Shown here: piece by piece, positions 35,413 through 47,200 of the stretch
Numbering within the stretch: position 1 is the stretch's first letter
Layout: every line of letters begins with the position of its first letter
Origin: Candidatus Zixiibacteriota bacterium
GTDB taxonomy: Bacteria > Zixibacteria > MSB-5A5 > JAABVY01
Length of the DNA: 64,000 nucleotides
Assembly: GCA_014728145.1 (NCBI GenBank)
Contig: WJMC01000062.1
Location: forward strand, 558 to 64,557
Direction: 5' to 3'
Translations under genes and position numbers: made by a program
The notes under the pieces: model-generated
The model's database searches: none
Told to the model about the DNA's origin: nothing
The model's input: only the letters and a program-made list of their open reading frames with translations

Positions 35413-36987
35413 CTAAGCTTTCGTGGTTTTACCTCGGGGCTCTTCAATCAAGGTTTCATCATCATCGCCTTCATCAACGAGGGAACTGTACACCTCATTC
35501 AATTCCTCGAGCTGTTCATCGATAATTTTCAAAAACAGTTCTGCAAGCTCGGGATCAAACTGGGTGTTGCTACATTCTTTTAGTTCATTGATGACTTTAT
35601 CTATTGACGCTCCCAGACGGTAGGGTCGGTTGGTCAGGATGGCATCGACTGTGTCGGCGATGGCCATGATACGTCCCTCGATCGGGATATCCGGCCCTTT
35701 CAGGCCGAATGGATACCCGGAACCATCGTAGCATTCATGGTGATAGAGTATATACGGCAGTGCCGGTTCGAGCATCGGAACCCCTTCCAGCATCTTTGCG
35801 CCGGTTTCCGGGTGGCGGCACATAATCTCGTATTCCTCCTTGGTAAACCTGCCCGGTTTATTGAGAACATAGTCAGGCACACCGATCTTGCCGATATCAT
35901 GGAGAATACTGCCCATGTGAAGATACTTCATCTGCTCCGTCTTCCAGTTCAGCCGGCGAGCCATCATACGGGCGATTTTATAAACTCTTTCTGTATGACC
36001 GCGGGTATAGTGGTCGCGTGCTTCGACAGCATTGGCAAAAGCACGGACGGTCCCGAAATAAGCGTTTTCGAGCTGGCAGTATAGGCGTGACTGCTCAATA
36101 GCTATTGCCGCCTTGGAGGCCAGGATCCAGAGCATGTGGACATCGCCCAGGTCGAACAGGTGGAATTGTCCCCAACGCACCAGATTAAGTGTACCAATCA
36201 CCTTTCCATGCGCCAGAAGCGGATGACACACCATGGAGCGATAGGTTGTGCCCTGCTCCAAAGAATCAGTCCCGTGGTTTGACTCCAGTTCGTTTATGAC
36301 CTCCGGCTTGGATTCGCGTACAACCTTGTAATTGATTTCGGATTTGCCGGAGAGCAATTGATTGGCCTGAATCTCTTTGTCATCACCGTAGCTGGCTTCT
36401 AAAGTCAGGCTGTCATGCTGAGGATCCCAGAGAGAAATCGAAACCAGGCCCGCCTGGAACTCCTTCACGATCGTTTCCAGGACCAGCTCGAGAAGCGAAT
36501 CGAGATGCATGGTCGATCCCATAGCCTCTGAAATCTGGTAAAGCGATACAAGGCTCTTGAGGTGCAAATTCTCGCGTGAGAGTCGCTGGGTCTTGATTCC
36601 GCGTTCTATCGTGAGCTTGAGGGTATCCAGCTTGAATGGTTTGACCAGGTAGTCATAGGCTCCCAGTTTCAATACTGATATCACGTTCTCGATCGTCGGA
36701 TGGCCGGTCATCATGATAATGATCGCCTCCGGGTGGTATTTTTGAGTCGCCTCGAGGATGTCCATACCGCTGTAACGGCCCATGAAGAAATCGGTCAGGA
36801 CTAAATCGACGGGATGGGTCCGAATGTATTCCAGCGCTCGGACCGGTGAGTTGAAAAAGACCGGATTATATTTTTTCTCGGTGGCCAGGATTTCCTTGAT
36901 GATCTCGCAGATAAATTTCTCATCGTCGACTACGACGATGTTATATTTATCCACGTACTCATCGATTTTTTCAATGACTGATTCCAT
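35413..36987 (-). CDS. Response regulator with REC, GAF and HD-GYP (c-di-GMP phosphodiesterase) domains
   Basis: An N-terminal receiver domain is present. The HD motif is ...LHDIGKIGVPD and the GYP motif is HHECYDGSGYPFGL. Confidence 0.85.
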   Translation of the reverse strand: MESVIEKIDEYVDKYNIVVVDDEKFICEIIKEILATEKKYNPVFFNSPVRALEYIRTHPVDLVLTDFFMGRYSGMDILEATQKYHPEAIIIMMTGHPTIENVISVLKLGAYDYLVKPFKLDTLKLTIERGIKTQRLSRENLHLKSLVSLYQISEAMGSTMHLDSLLELVLETIVKEFQAGLVSISLWDPQHDSLTLEASYGDDKEIQANQLLSGKSEINYKVVRESKPEVINELESNHGTDSLEQGTTYRSMVCHPLLAHGKVIGTLNLVRWGQFHLFDLGDVHMLWILASKAAIAIEQSRLYCQLENAYFGTVRAFANAVEARDHYTRGHTERVYKIARMMARRLNWKTEQMKYLHMGSILHDIGKIGVPDYVLNKPGRFTKEEYEIMCRHPETGAKMLEGVPMLEPALPYILYHHECYDGSGYPFGLKGPDIPIEGRIMAIADTVDAILTNRPYRLGASIDKVINELKECSNTQFDPELAELFLKIIDEQLEELNEVYSSLVDEGDDDETLIEEPRGKTTKA

Positions 36988-37155
36988 GAAGTCCCGCTAT
37001 AAATGATTTTATTCAAGACATTTTCATGACTCGATAAAACGCGCTGTTGTAGCTATTTTCGGCATTCGGAAAGTGTTTATTATGTGTTAATTTTGCACAA
37101 GCCAGGCCCCAAAAAAGATTCTTGACAGCCGGTTTTAATTAAACTTATTGCTTGT

Positions 37156-37698
37156 ATGAAATTGACTCCCACAGATTATCTGCTTTTGGCTCATTTGAGA
37201 GCCGAACCTACTTACACTTATAATCTGGCAGATAAATTGCATTCCGAAGGAGTCGATCTCTGGTGCCGTTTTTCGGATTCTCATTTATATTATACATTGC
37301 GTAAACTGCTAAAGAATAATCTGGTTGAAGTTGAGGTCAAACCGATCAAAGGCCGTCCCCCGCAGAAGATCTATTCCATCACAAAAGAAGGCGAAGACGT
37401 TTTGGATCAACTGGTTAACTCCGATGAACTGGTTCAGAGCGACCAGTATTTCGAGTTCGATCTGCTACTGGGTCTGGCCAACCGCCTTGGTCTCGACGAT
37501 ACTCGGCTGGTCAATATGATAACCGAGCGGATTGACTTTTTACGCGAACTGCTTGATCAGATCCAGGACAAATTCCGCGAGAAGGAGTTACAATCGGGCG
37601 GTATATCATCGGGTGAAAAAATCGCCTACCAGCACCGCATCAGGTTTTTTAAAAACGAAATTGATTTCTACCGCAAGAGCCTCAAGGGGTTGAAGTGA
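37156..37698 (+). CDS. PadR-family transcriptional regulator
   Basis: The winged-HTH pattern ...YTYNLADKL...LYYTLRKLLKNNLVE... is followed by a C-terminal coiled coil. Confidence 0.65.
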   Translation: MKLTPTDYLLLAHLRAEPTYTYNLADKLHSEGVDLWCRFSDSHLYYTLRKLLKNNLVEVEVKPIKGRPPQKIYSITKEGEDVLDQLVNSDELVQSDQYFEFDLLLGLANRLGLDDTRLVNMITERIDFLRELLDQIQDKFREKELQSGGISSGEKIAYQHRIRFFKNEIDFYRKSLKGLK

Positions 37699-37718
37699 GT
37701 ACTCCTGTTTAACCGGGT

Positions 37719-38597
37719 TCACGACTGCTTACGGAACATCGAATGAGCGCGATATGATGAACGGATCAGTGGCCCGGACACCACCCCCATAAAACCGATT
37801 TGATAAGCCATTTTTTCAAGTTCACCAAATTCTTCAGGTGTATAGAATTTTATAACCGGGTGATGATTTTCTGAGGGCGCCAGGTACTGGCCGACCGTCA
37901 ATAACCTGCAACCGGAATGATAAAGGTCGGCCATAGCTTCTGCGATTTCTGAGAGTTTCTCACCCAGCCCGACCATCAATCCCGACTTGATAAGCAGTCG
38001 CGAATCGTAACTACTGGCACGCTTGAAGACCTGCAGAGAGCGATGATAATCCGCTCCCTCGCGGACTTCAGGATACAGTCTGGCGACTGTTTCGACATTA
38101 TGATTGAGCACATCCGGGCGGGCATCGAGAACTTTTTTGAGCGCTTCCTGACTACCCATAAAATCAGGAATCAGCACCTCGACTTTACAGCCAGGTTTAA
38201 TTTCGCGAATGGATTCGATAACATCCGCGAATACCCGCGCCCCGCCGTCGGCTAAATCATCGCGGGTAACGGAAGTAATTACGGCATATTCAAGGCCCAG
38301 TTTCATAACCGCCTCGGCCACTCTACGGGCTTCGCCTTCATCGACGGCCGACGGTTCCCCCCGGCTGACATTACAGAAACTGCATCCCCGGGTGCAGTTT
38401 TCACCCAGGATTAGAAATGTCGCGGTCCGTTCGCCATAACACTCGGCCCGGTTGGGGCAGTTGGCTTCCTGGCAGACAGTATGTAAATTGAGCGATGTGA
38501 CCAGTTTTTTCACCTCGCTGTAATTCTGTCCCAGCGGAGTCCTGATTTTGAACCAGGCGGGTTTTCTTTGTTTTTTCTGCAATGTATTTTCTGTCAT
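37719..38597 (-). CDS. lipA: Lipoyl synthase (radical SAM)
   Basis: Carries CPNRAECYGERTATFLILGENCTRGCSFCNV. Confidence 0.9.
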   Translation of the reverse strand: MTENTLQKKQRKPAWFKIRTPLGQNYSEVKKLVTSLNLHTVCQEANCPNRAECYGERTATFLILGENCTRGCSFCNVSRGEPSAVDEGEARRVAEAVMKLGLEYAVITSVTRDDLADGGARVFADVIESIREIKPGCKVEVLIPDFMGSQEALKKVLDARPDVLNHNVETVARLYPEVREGADYHRSLQVFKRASSYDSRLLIKSGLMVGLGEKLSEIAEAMADLYHSGCRLLTVGQYLAPSENHHPVIKFYTPEEFGELEKMAYQIGFMGVVSGPLIRSSYRAHSMFRKQS

Positions 38598-38603
38598 AAA
38601 GTT

Positions 38604-39542
38604 TTATGCCAGTTCCTTGTCGTGCAGGGCTTCGATATATTTCTCGGCCGCTACTGCCGCCGTGGTGGCATCACCGACAGCATTTGTGATCTGTTTGACC
38701 AGTTGTTCGCGCACATCACCGCAGGCATAGATTCCCGGAATCGAGGTTTCCATGTGGCTGTTGGTGATAATATAACCGCCTTCATTGCGCTCGAGACCTT
38801 CGCGCACGAGATCACTGTTGGGCACAAATCCGATGAAAATAAAGACAGCACCACATTCGAGTTCAGATGTTTCACCGGTCTTGACATTGCGCAGTGAAAC
38901 AGAGGAGACTTTTTTGTCCCCGTTGATATTCGTGATCACAGAATCCCAGACAAATTCCATTTTGGGATTATTGAAGGCTCTTTTCTGGATAACCTTGGCG
39001 GCACGGAGTTCATCGCGACGATGAATCACGGTCACCTTCGAACCGAATTTGGTCAGGAAAATCCCTTCTTCGACAGCGGCATCCCCCCCGCCGACAACAA
39101 CGATGTGCTGATCTTTGAAAAAAGCACCGTCACAGATCGCGCAATAGGACACTCCCATTCCGGAAAGTTCTTTTTCTCCGGGAACGTTAAGCAGGTTGGG
39201 TGAGCCACCGGTGGCAAGAATAACGGCCCTGGTACGATATTCAGCATCATCATCGGTAACCACAACTCGATCATCGCCTTCACAATAAACTTCTTTGACT
39301 GCCCCGTTTTGAACTTCGAGACCGAATTTTTTAGCATGCTGTTCCATCTTGGCGGCCAGCTCCGGTCCTGAGATCAATTCGAATCCCGGGTAATCCTCGA
39401 CCTCATGGGTGTTGGCGATTTGTCCGCCGGGAAGAGCTTTCTCCAGAAGCAGTACTTTCAGATTGGCACGAGCGCCGTAGAGGCCGGCAGTCAGCCCGCC
39501 CGGACCACCACCTACTATTATGATGTCATAGTCAGTATTCAT
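38604..39542 (-). CDS. trxB: Thioredoxin-disulfide reductase
   Basis: Has IIVGGGPGG, the redox-active CAIC motif and a second NAD(P) site. Confidence 0.9.
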   Translation of the reverse strand: MNTDYDIIIVGGGPGGLTAGLYGARANLKVLLLEKALPGGQIANTHEVEDYPGFELISGPELAAKMEQHAKKFGLEVQNGAVKEVYCEGDDRVVVTDDDAEYRTRAVILATGGSPNLLNVPGEKELSGMGVSYCAICDGAFFKDQHIVVVGGGDAAVEEGIFLTKFGSKVTVIHRRDELRAAKVIQKRAFNNPKMEFVWDSVITNINGDKKVSSVSLRNVKTGETSELECGAVFIFIGFVPNSDLVREGLERNEGGYIITNSHMETSIPGIYACGDVREQLVKQITNAVGDATTAAVAAEKYIEALHDKELA

Positions 39543-39596
39543 CAGTCCAACTCCTTTGTTTCATTGCCGGGAAATATAGTCAATTGTGACAGAGAA

Positions 39597-40148
39597 TCAA
39601 TAGTCAACCGCCTGCTGGGCCAGGATTCCCTTCTGGAAGGGATGTTTGACCTCGCGCATCTCAGTCACCAGGTCGGCCCGGTCGATCAATTCCCCGGGGG
39701 CATTGCGCCCGGTCAGCATCAGGTGAAGTTTGGGCGGTTTCTGGTCGACAAGCTCCATCAAATCCTGCACACTTATCAAATTCAGATTGACAGCGACATT
39801 GATCTCGTCCAGAATAACTATATCGTACTTTCCGGACAGCATCTCTTCACGGGCGTAATCGAGGGCCTCTTTGGCGGCCCGGATATGGGTTGAGATATCT
39901 TCTTTGTCGTCGACTATACCGACGAACCCTTTCCCTTTCTGGACCATATCTACATAAGGAGCCAGAAGCTTGATCCCCTCCAGTTCGCCATATTTCCAGG
40001 TACCTTTTATGAACTGTACGATTTTGACTTTCTTCTGGTACCCCGCGGCCCGGACACACAATCCCAGGGCGGCCGTGGTTTTGCCCTTACCGTCCCCGGT
40101 ATTGACCAGCACCAGCCCGTGAGTTTCCTGTTTCTCCTCGCTCATCAC
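39597..40148 (-). CDS. cobO: Cob(I)yrinic acid a,c-diamide (corrinoid) adenosyltransferase
   Basis: Aligns along its length to E. coli BtuR: GNGKGKTTAA...VVQFIKG...DIVILDEI...VKHPF. Confidence 0.85.
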   Translation of the reverse strand: MMSEEKQETHGLVLVNTGDGKGKTTAALGLCVRAAGYQKKVKIVQFIKGTWKYGELEGIKLLAPYVDMVQKGKGFVGIVDDKEDISTHIRAAKEALDYAREEMLSGKYDIVILDEINVAVNLNLISVQDLMELVDQKPPKLHLMLTGRNAPGELIDRADLVTEMREVKHPFQKGILAQQAVDY

Positions 40149-40157
40149 TCCTCCTTT

Positions 40158-42899
40158 TTAGACATCTAAACCGCATAAATCGGCGATCAGTTCCACCGAG
40201 TGGCAGGCGATTCCGGGAGATTTCATGGCATCCACGTACTGCAGGATACAGGTGGGACAATTAGTCAGCACAAGATCGGGATCAGCTCTCTTAAGAGCTT
40301 TCTTTTTTGGCTCGAAGATATTCATGGAGTCTTTGTAATGAAAAACATTGAAAGTACCGGCAGAACCGCAACATTTATCAGAGTGCTCCATAGGGATATA
40401 GTTTACCAGCGGAAGGTTCCTGATCAGCTCGAGAGCGGAATCTACCCGCCCGGCTTCGCGCAAATGGCAGGGCTGATGGAAACTGATTTTTACCGGCATC
40501 TGTCCATGCTGGTCGAATTTCAGATCCACATGCCTGAGGATAAACTCAGAAATGTCATAGCATTTTGAAGCCACACTTCGCGCAATATCATAATGACGTT
40601 CACCTTTTTTGAACAGGCGCGGATATGACAACACCTCGCCCAGGCAGGTGGCGCATGAAAAAACGATATGTTTAAAGCGGTCGAGTGACTCGAGGTTGTA
40701 GATCGCGTGTTCGCGTTCATATTCGGAATATCCGTAGGTCTGCTGAGGCATCCCGCAACATTTTTGCTCCGGCAATGCCAGGTCGTACCCGTATTCCTCC
40801 AGTAGAGCTATCAGGGCGGATCCGGTGCGGGACTGAAGCAGGTTATCTGCACAGCCGTAGAAGTAAGCTACTTCATTACCGCTGGTTTCGGTCAAACGGG
40901 AGTACCTCTCGCGCAGGGACTTCTTTGCGATCCTGGGCAGATAACGCTTCGTATCGAGCTTGACCAGGGGCGAAGAAGCCAAGGACAACAGCGGTCTCAT
41001 CAAGCGGTTATCCATCATGCGCAAGAACAGACCATTTAATTTTACCATATTCTCAAATTTTATCGGGTCGCGCATGCGGTTGAAGATACGATTGCCCCAG
41101 AAAGTACGGGTCTCTCCACGCCTGAAGGTAACATATTCAGAAACATCCACCCCCGCCGGGCATACCATGGCGCAGTTTTTGCAGTTCAGGCACCCGTCCA
41201 GTTCGCGCGCGCTTTTTGCGGCATTGAAATCTCCAGCGAGCATCACCCGCACCCAGCCCCGGGCCGACATATTCTCACAACCATTGACAGCGTAGCTGGG
41301 ACAATACGCGTTGCATTTACCACAGGCGGCACATTCGCGCACAACTTTTTCGACGTCGATGTGGTCGATGAAGCTTTTCTTCGATACCAGCACATCCGGA
41401 TTGGCGAGATGTTCCGGATCCAGAAGCTCTTTTATCCTGCCGAACAAGTTGTAGACCCTGTGGCCATACTGTTGTTCGATAACTTCTGCCCGCAGACGAC
41501 CGTCACCATGCTCAGCGGTTGCCGACCCGCCCAATTCGAAAATTTTTTCATAGGTTTGATCGTAGATGTTCCGTGCCAGCTTCTGACCCTCCAGGGTGGA
41601 GAGGTTGATGGCCGGACGGACATGCAGGTTGCCGTCGCCGATATGACCAAAGATCCCGCAAGTCAGGTTGTTCCTTCGGAAGAGATCATTAAGAAACATA
41701 ATAAATTCCGGCATATTCTCCGACGGTACAGCGGCATCCTCGATGAATCCCCAGGGGCGGGCTTCGCTGTCGAGACGATAGAGGGTCGGGACTATCGCCT
41801 TGCGGGCATCCCACAGGCTGGCCTGCCGCTTGGGATCGGTTTCGAACACAGGCTCACCGGAAAGTTCGTATTTACACAGGAAGCTTTTCAGGTTCTCCAC
41901 GGTTTCATCAAAGGGCGGATCGTCAAACTCCACAATCAGCATCGCCTCGGCCGATGGTGGCAGATCGAAACGTTCACGGCCAATCAGGTCAAGCGTGTTA
42001 CCATCGATCAATTCCAGGCCGGCCGGCTTGAGTTCGAGGAAATCGAGGGTAGCATGACCGACATCGGCCAGGTGCTTAAACAGAATCAGGCAGGTCATCT
42101 TCGATTTTGGTAACGGCAATAGCCTCAGCCTGGCGGAGATAAACAGCCCCAGGCTCCCCTCCGAGCCGACGAAAAGTTGCGGCAGGGCAAAGATCCCCTG
42201 CTCGAGTTTTTCCACCATCGTCTTGAGGTCATAACCACAAACATTTTTTTTGACGCGTGGGTATGATGCCAGGATTTCCTCCCGGTTGCCATCGATCAGT
42301 TTATAAATCTTCTCGAATTCAGGGTAGTTGTTAAACAAATCTTTGATCTCAGATGAGTCGAGTTTATAATCGCGGGCAGTAAACGGCCTTCCGTCAGGTA
42401 AAATCAGGTTTATCTCTTCAACGTATTCCCGCGTAGTGCCATATTTAACGGAGCGAGCACCGGAAGAATTATTGCCCAGCATTCCACCGATTTCGCAGGT
42501 ATCGCCGGAGGAGGGATCTGGTGGAAAAAAGAGCTTTAACGGCGCCAGGTATCTATTTAACTTTTCGTAGACAATCCCGGATTGAACCTCGACGGTCTGC
42601 TTAAGGGTATCGCATCGAATGACACGGTTAAGACGGGATAAATCGATGATGACATCATCACCGACAGCACCACCGGCCAGTCCCGTTCCGGCCCCGCGGG
42701 GAGTTATGGAGTGACCGTTGGCAAGCAGTACCTTGACAGCTTCCTTCAGGCGTCTTTCCTCTTTGGGTATCAGTACCACCCGAGGATTCCCCCGATAGAT
42801 CGAAGCGTCGGAAGCGTAAGCCTCAAGTACAGGTTGAGACGTGAGCACGTTATTCGTACCCAATAGACTCTTTAATCGGTTTATAACAGAAGTTTTCAT
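40158..42899 (-). CDS. Fused FAD-linked oxidase + 4Fe-4S dicluster + cysteine-rich CCG domain oxidoreductase (GlcD-GlcF / Dld-II-like fusion)
   Basis: An N-terminal FAD-binding PCMH domain is present. Ferredoxin motifs are CAACGKCNAYCP and CLNCKNCAMVCP. The C-terminal CCG-type Cys motifs are ...CCGMP... and ...CCGSAG.... Confidence 0.8.
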   Translation of the reverse strand: MKTSVINRLKSLLGTNNVLTSQPVLEAYASDASIYRGNPRVVLIPKEERRLKEAVKVLLANGHSITPRGAGTGLAGGAVGDDVIIDLSRLNRVIRCDTLKQTVEVQSGIVYEKLNRYLAPLKLFFPPDPSSGDTCEIGGMLGNNSSGARSVKYGTTREYVEEINLILPDGRPFTARDYKLDSSEIKDLFNNYPEFEKIYKLIDGNREEILASYPRVKKNVCGYDLKTMVEKLEQGIFALPQLFVGSEGSLGLFISARLRLLPLPKSKMTCLILFKHLADVGHATLDFLELKPAGLELIDGNTLDLIGRERFDLPPSAEAMLIVEFDDPPFDETVENLKSFLCKYELSGEPVFETDPKRQASLWDARKAIVPTLYRLDSEARPWGFIEDAAVPSENMPEFIMFLNDLFRRNNLTCGIFGHIGDGNLHVRPAINLSTLEGQKLARNIYDQTYEKIFELGGSATAEHGDGRLRAEVIEQQYGHRVYNLFGRIKELLDPEHLANPDVLVSKKSFIDHIDVEKVVRECAACGKCNAYCPSYAVNGCENMSARGWVRVMLAGDFNAAKSARELDGCLNCKNCAMVCPAGVDVSEYVTFRRGETRTFWGNRIFNRMRDPIKFENMVKLNGLFLRMMDNRLMRPLLSLASSPLVKLDTKRYLPRIAKKSLRERYSRLTETSGNEVAYFYGCADNLLQSRTGSALIALLEEYGYDLALPEQKCCGMPQQTYGYSEYEREHAIYNLESLDRFKHIVFSCATCLGEVLSYPRLFKKGERHYDIARSVASKCYDISEFILRHVDLKFDQHGQMPVKISFHQPCHLREAGRVDSALELIRNLPLVNYIPMEHSDKCCGSAGTFNVFHYKDSMNIFEPKKKALKRADPDLVLTNCPTCILQYVDAMKSPGIACHSVELIADLCGLDV

Positions 42900-43000
42900 A
42901 TCAGATTATACGCACACCTACAGCGACATGATAAGCCGTAAACCTTCCAATTACAATATAATACGTTAACAAGTTTGTGAATGAAAGCTCAAACAATAGC

Positions 43001-43029
43001 TTGACACTAAACAGGTCAAAATATATATT
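43001..43029 (+). promoter_or_regulatory. Sigma-70-like promoter candidate for the Rrf2-dcd-por cluster
   Basis: Reads TTGACA-N17-TATATT. It lies ~115 nt upstream of the Rrf2 ATG. Confidence 0.35.
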
Positions 43030-43144
43030 ATTTCCTTTGAGTCGCAGAGAACAGGAAGTCAAGAGACGGGATATCGCGAGTGGACGGCAGGTTTCCACAA
43101 ATATATGCCGCACAACAAAATACAGGAGTGAAGGGTAAGTTGAC

Positions 43145-43585
43145 ATGAGATTTACCAAAGCTGAAGACTATGGATTGTATGGAGTTTTGTACCTTGCCGA
43201 GCAGGAGGACAACCGGATAGTACCTCTCTCGGAGATTTCACAATCACAGAATGTACCGGAAAAATTTCTTGCTAAAATCTTTCAGTCTCTTTCCCGGGCG
43301 GGAATAATAAAATCACACCGCGGCGTCAAAGGTGGTTTTACACTTGCTCGTTCACCTGAGGAGATTTCGGTCAGGGAACTGGTGGAAACAATCCAGGGAC
43401 CATACTTTCTCTCGAAATGTGTCCATGATCATCGTGAATGTGATAAGAGCGATCATTGTCCGGTGCGGTATCTATTGCACCTGACTTTGAAATGTATCCA
43501 CGACCAGTTTGACAAATACACGTTGGCTGACATGTTGAAATGGAAATCCGATCCTAATATAACTTCAGAGATTAATTCCAATTAA
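43145..43585 (+). CDS. Rrf2-family (IscR/NsrR-like) Fe-S transcriptional regulator
   Basis: The N-terminal winged HTH reads ...[25 protein letters not shown].... A three-Cys cluster [14 protein letters not shown] is present. Confidence 0.85.
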   Translation: MRFTKAEDYGLYGVLYLAEQEDNRIVPLSEISQSQNVPEKFLAKIFQSLSRAGIIKSHRGVKGGFTLARSPEEISVRELVETIQGPYFLSKCVHDHRECDKSDHCPVRYLLHLTLKCIHDQFDKYTLADMLKWKSDPNITSEINSN

Positions 43586-43617
43586 ATCAATTTGCAGGGA
43601 AAGCAAGGTTAACAATT

Positions 43618-44172
43618 ATGCCGATAAAATCCGACCGCTGGATACGCCGCATGGCTCGTGACGCCGAGATGATCAAACCGTTTTCATCCAAGCAGATACG
43701 CAGCAAAAAGATATCCTACGGGCTATCGTCATACGGCTATGATATTCGAGTATCCGACGAATTCATGATTTTCACGAATGTCAATTCCGACATAGTTGAT
43801 CCCAAGAAATTTTCTGCCTCGATGCTCATGGAGGTCAAGGCCAAGTCTATTTTGATACCGCCCAACAGTTTCGCGCTGGCAAGGACGGTGGAATACTTCA
43901 AGATTCCGCGCAATGTGCTGACGCTTTGCCTGGGAAAATCGACATACGCGCGATGCGGTATCATCGTCAATGTGACCCCCTTCGAACCGGAATGGGAAGG
44001 TCATGCCACGCTGGAGATATCCAACACCACTCCCCTTCCGGCGAAAGTCTACGCCAATGAAGGAATTGCTCAAATTCTGTTTTTAGAGGCCGATGAAGTC
44101 TGTGAGGTCTCATACGGCGATAAAAAGGGGAAATATCAAAAACAGAGAAATATTACTCTTCCGCGAATATAA
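43618..44172 (+). CDS. dcd: dCTP deaminase
   Basis: Aligns to E. coli Dcd, with GYDIRV near the N-terminus and the conserved Glu-containing core. Confidence 0.85.
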   Translation: MPIKSDRWIRRMARDAEMIKPFSSKQIRSKKISYGLSSYGYDIRVSDEFMIFTNVNSDIVDPKKFSASMLMEVKAKSILIPPNSFALARTVEYFKIPRNVLTLCLGKSTYARCGIIVNVTPFEPEWEGHATLEISNTTPLPAKVYANEGIAQILFLEADEVCEVSYGDKKGKYQKQRNITLPRI

Positions 44173-44234
44173 TCTGCGTATATATTAGAAGTCTTAAAAC
44201 GAACAATCAATTAATTAAAGGGAGATAAATAGAT

Positions 44235-47200
44235 ATGGCAGAAACAAAATTCCAGGAGACTGAAGAGGTTTCAAAGTCGAGTGCCAAGCGCAGAACGGTT
44301 ACGATCGATGGTAACACAGCGGCCGCTTATGTCGCTCACGCTACCAACGAAGTCATAGCGATTTATCCTATCACACCGTCATCCAATATGGGTGAGATGG
44401 CCGATGCAAAATCAGCCGCGGGTGAGACCAATATCTGGGGCACAATTCCAAACGTGGTGGAGATGCAGTCAGAAGGCGGCGCTTCAGGCGCAGTCCACGG
44501 CGCGATCACCACCGGTTCATTGACAACGACTTTCACAGCTTCCCAGGGTCTGCTTCTGATGATTCCGAACATGTTTAAAATCGCCGGCGAATTGACCCCG
44601 ACGGTATTTCATGTTTCGGCCCGCGCAGTTGCGACTCACGCGCTTTCGATTTTCGGCGATCACTCGGACGTCATGGCTACCCGTTCGACCGGATTCGGTC
44701 TGATGGCTTCCGGTTCGGTGCAGGAAGTTATGGACCTGGCACTGGTGGCACAGGCTTCCGCCCTCAAGAGCCAGGTGCCGTTTGTACATTTCTTTGACGG
44801 CTTCAGGACTTCTCATGAGGTTTCCAAGGTAGAGGAAATTTCGTTTAACGATATGCGCGCGCTTCTTCCCTATGAACTGATCAAGCGCCATAAGGACCGC
44901 GCTCTCAGCCCGGAACATCCTACTATCAAGGGCACTTCACAGAATCCGGATGTTTTCTTCGCGTCTCGTGAAACCGTTAACAAATATTACGCCGCCACTC
45001 CGGATATCGTCCAGGAACAGATGGACAAATTCAAGCAGGTCGTCGGCCGCGAATACAAACTTTTCCAGTACTATGGCGACCCTGAGGCTGAGCATGTAGT
45101 CATAATGATGGGTACCGGCTCTGAAACAACTCATGAAGTGGTCAATCATCTCAATCAGCAGGGCGAAAAAGTCGGCTTGATCAAAGTCAGGCTCTATCGC
45201 CCCTTCTCGATCAAGCATCTGGCTGAAGCTCTGCCATCTACTGTCAAAAAGATTGCCGTACTGGATCGCACCAAGGAGCCCGGTTCACTGGGCGAACCTC
45301 TCTATACCGATGTGCAGGCGGCTATTGACGAAGCTATGCTGGCCGGCTGGACCAAGTTCAAGAAACGCCCGCTGGTAGTCGGCGGCCGCTACGGCCTCGG
45401 CTCGGCGGAATACAATGCCGGTATGGCAAAGTCGGTCTTTGACAATCTCAAAAAAGACGAAACGTTGAATCATTTCTCGGTCGGTATCAAAGACGATGTC
45501 ACCTTCCACAGCCTCGATTGGGACAACGATTTTGATATCGAGGGGGACGATGTCTTCCGGGGCTTGTTCTATGGTCTCGGTTCGGACGGCACTGTCGGTG
45601 CCAACAAGAACTCGATCAAGATCATCGGCGAGAACACCGACAATTACGCCCAGGGTTATTTCGTCTACGACTCCAAGAAGGCTGGTGCTGTCACGGTCTC
45701 TCATGTCCGTTTCGGACCTAACCCTATCCAGAGACCGTACCTGATTACGAAAGCTAAATTCGTCGCCTGTCACAACTTCTCATTTCTGGAAAAATACGAC
45801 ATGCTTTCCAACCTTGTTGAAGGCGGAACGTTCCTGTTAAACAGCCCGTATAGCGCCAACGAAGTCTGGGACAAGATGCCGAAGGAAGTCCAGAAGCAGA
45901 TCATAGATAAAAAGTTAGACTTCTATGTCATTGATGGTATCCACCTGGCCAAGGAACTCGGCCTCGGGTCCCGTATCAACATGATCATGCAGACCGCTTT
46001 CTTCGCGATTTCTGAAATCCTCCCGAAAGACAGGGCGGTCGAAGAGATCAAGAAAGCAATCAAGAAGACATACGGTCGCAAGGGCGAAAAGATCGTGCAG
46101 ATGAACTACGACGCGGTCGATACGGCCTTGAAGAATTATCATAAAGTCGATTATCCAAACAAGGTCACCAGCGAAATCAGCATGCCCCCGATCGTTCCGG
46201 ATCACGCTCCGGAGTTTGTCAAGAATGTCACTGCTGAAATCATTGCAGGCCGTGGAGATAAGCTTCCGGTCTCGGCGTTTCCCGATGACGGCTCTTATCC
46301 GACCGCGACCACGCAGTACGAGAAGCGCAATATCGCGGTCGATATTCCGGTCTGGGAACCGGATATCTGCACCCAGTGTGGATTCTGTTCATTTGTCTGT
46401 CCGCATGCTACGATTCGTCCGAAGATCTATGATCCAAAATATCTGGATGACGCACCCGAGGGCTGGAAATCAGTCGATGCCAAAGGCGGTAAAAACGTCA
46501 AGGGCATGAAGTACACGCTCCAGGTCGCCCCGGAAGATTGCACTGGATGCCAGCTCTGTGTCGAGGTCTGCCCCGCGCATGAGAAAGATGCCGACGGTAA
46601 CAAGACCGGCCGCAGGGCGGTCAATATGGAATTCCAGCCCCCGCTTCGTGAACGTGAACGCGAGAACTGGGAGTACTTCCTGACGATTCCTGAAACCGAT
46701 CCGGAGAGGTACAAAATTACTACGGTAAAAGGCAGTCAGTTCGTGCGACCCTTGTTCGAATTCTCCGGGGCATGTGCCGGATGCGGTGAGACGCCGTATG
46801 TCAAGCTGGTCTCCCAGCTGTTCGGAGATCGTGCATTGATGGGTAACGCCACCGGATGTTCCTCGATTTACGGCGGTAACCTTCCGACCACGCCTTTTGC
46901 TCAGCGCGATGACGGCCGTGGACCGGCCTGGTCGAATTCTTTGTTCGAAGACAACGCTGAGTTCGCGTTCGGTATGCGCCTGACTGTCGACAAGATGACT
47001 GAGTTCGCTCTTGAACTCTTACGCAAGGTTGTCCCCGAAGCTTATGATGAGATCGCGAACGCAGACCAGTCGACTCCGATGGGTATCGAGCTCCAGCGTG
47101 AGAGAGTGGAAAACCTCAAGAAGAAACTAAAAGGCATGGATACCGACAGCGCTCAGTCACTGCATACCGTGGCCGACTACCTGGTCAAGAAGTCTGTCTG

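Noticed and set aside
35064..35447. A 127-aa minus-strand ORF bridging the S2P gene end and the HD-GYP gene
   Set aside because: It overlaps two well-supported genes on both strands. It has a His/Gln-rich composition and no start context.
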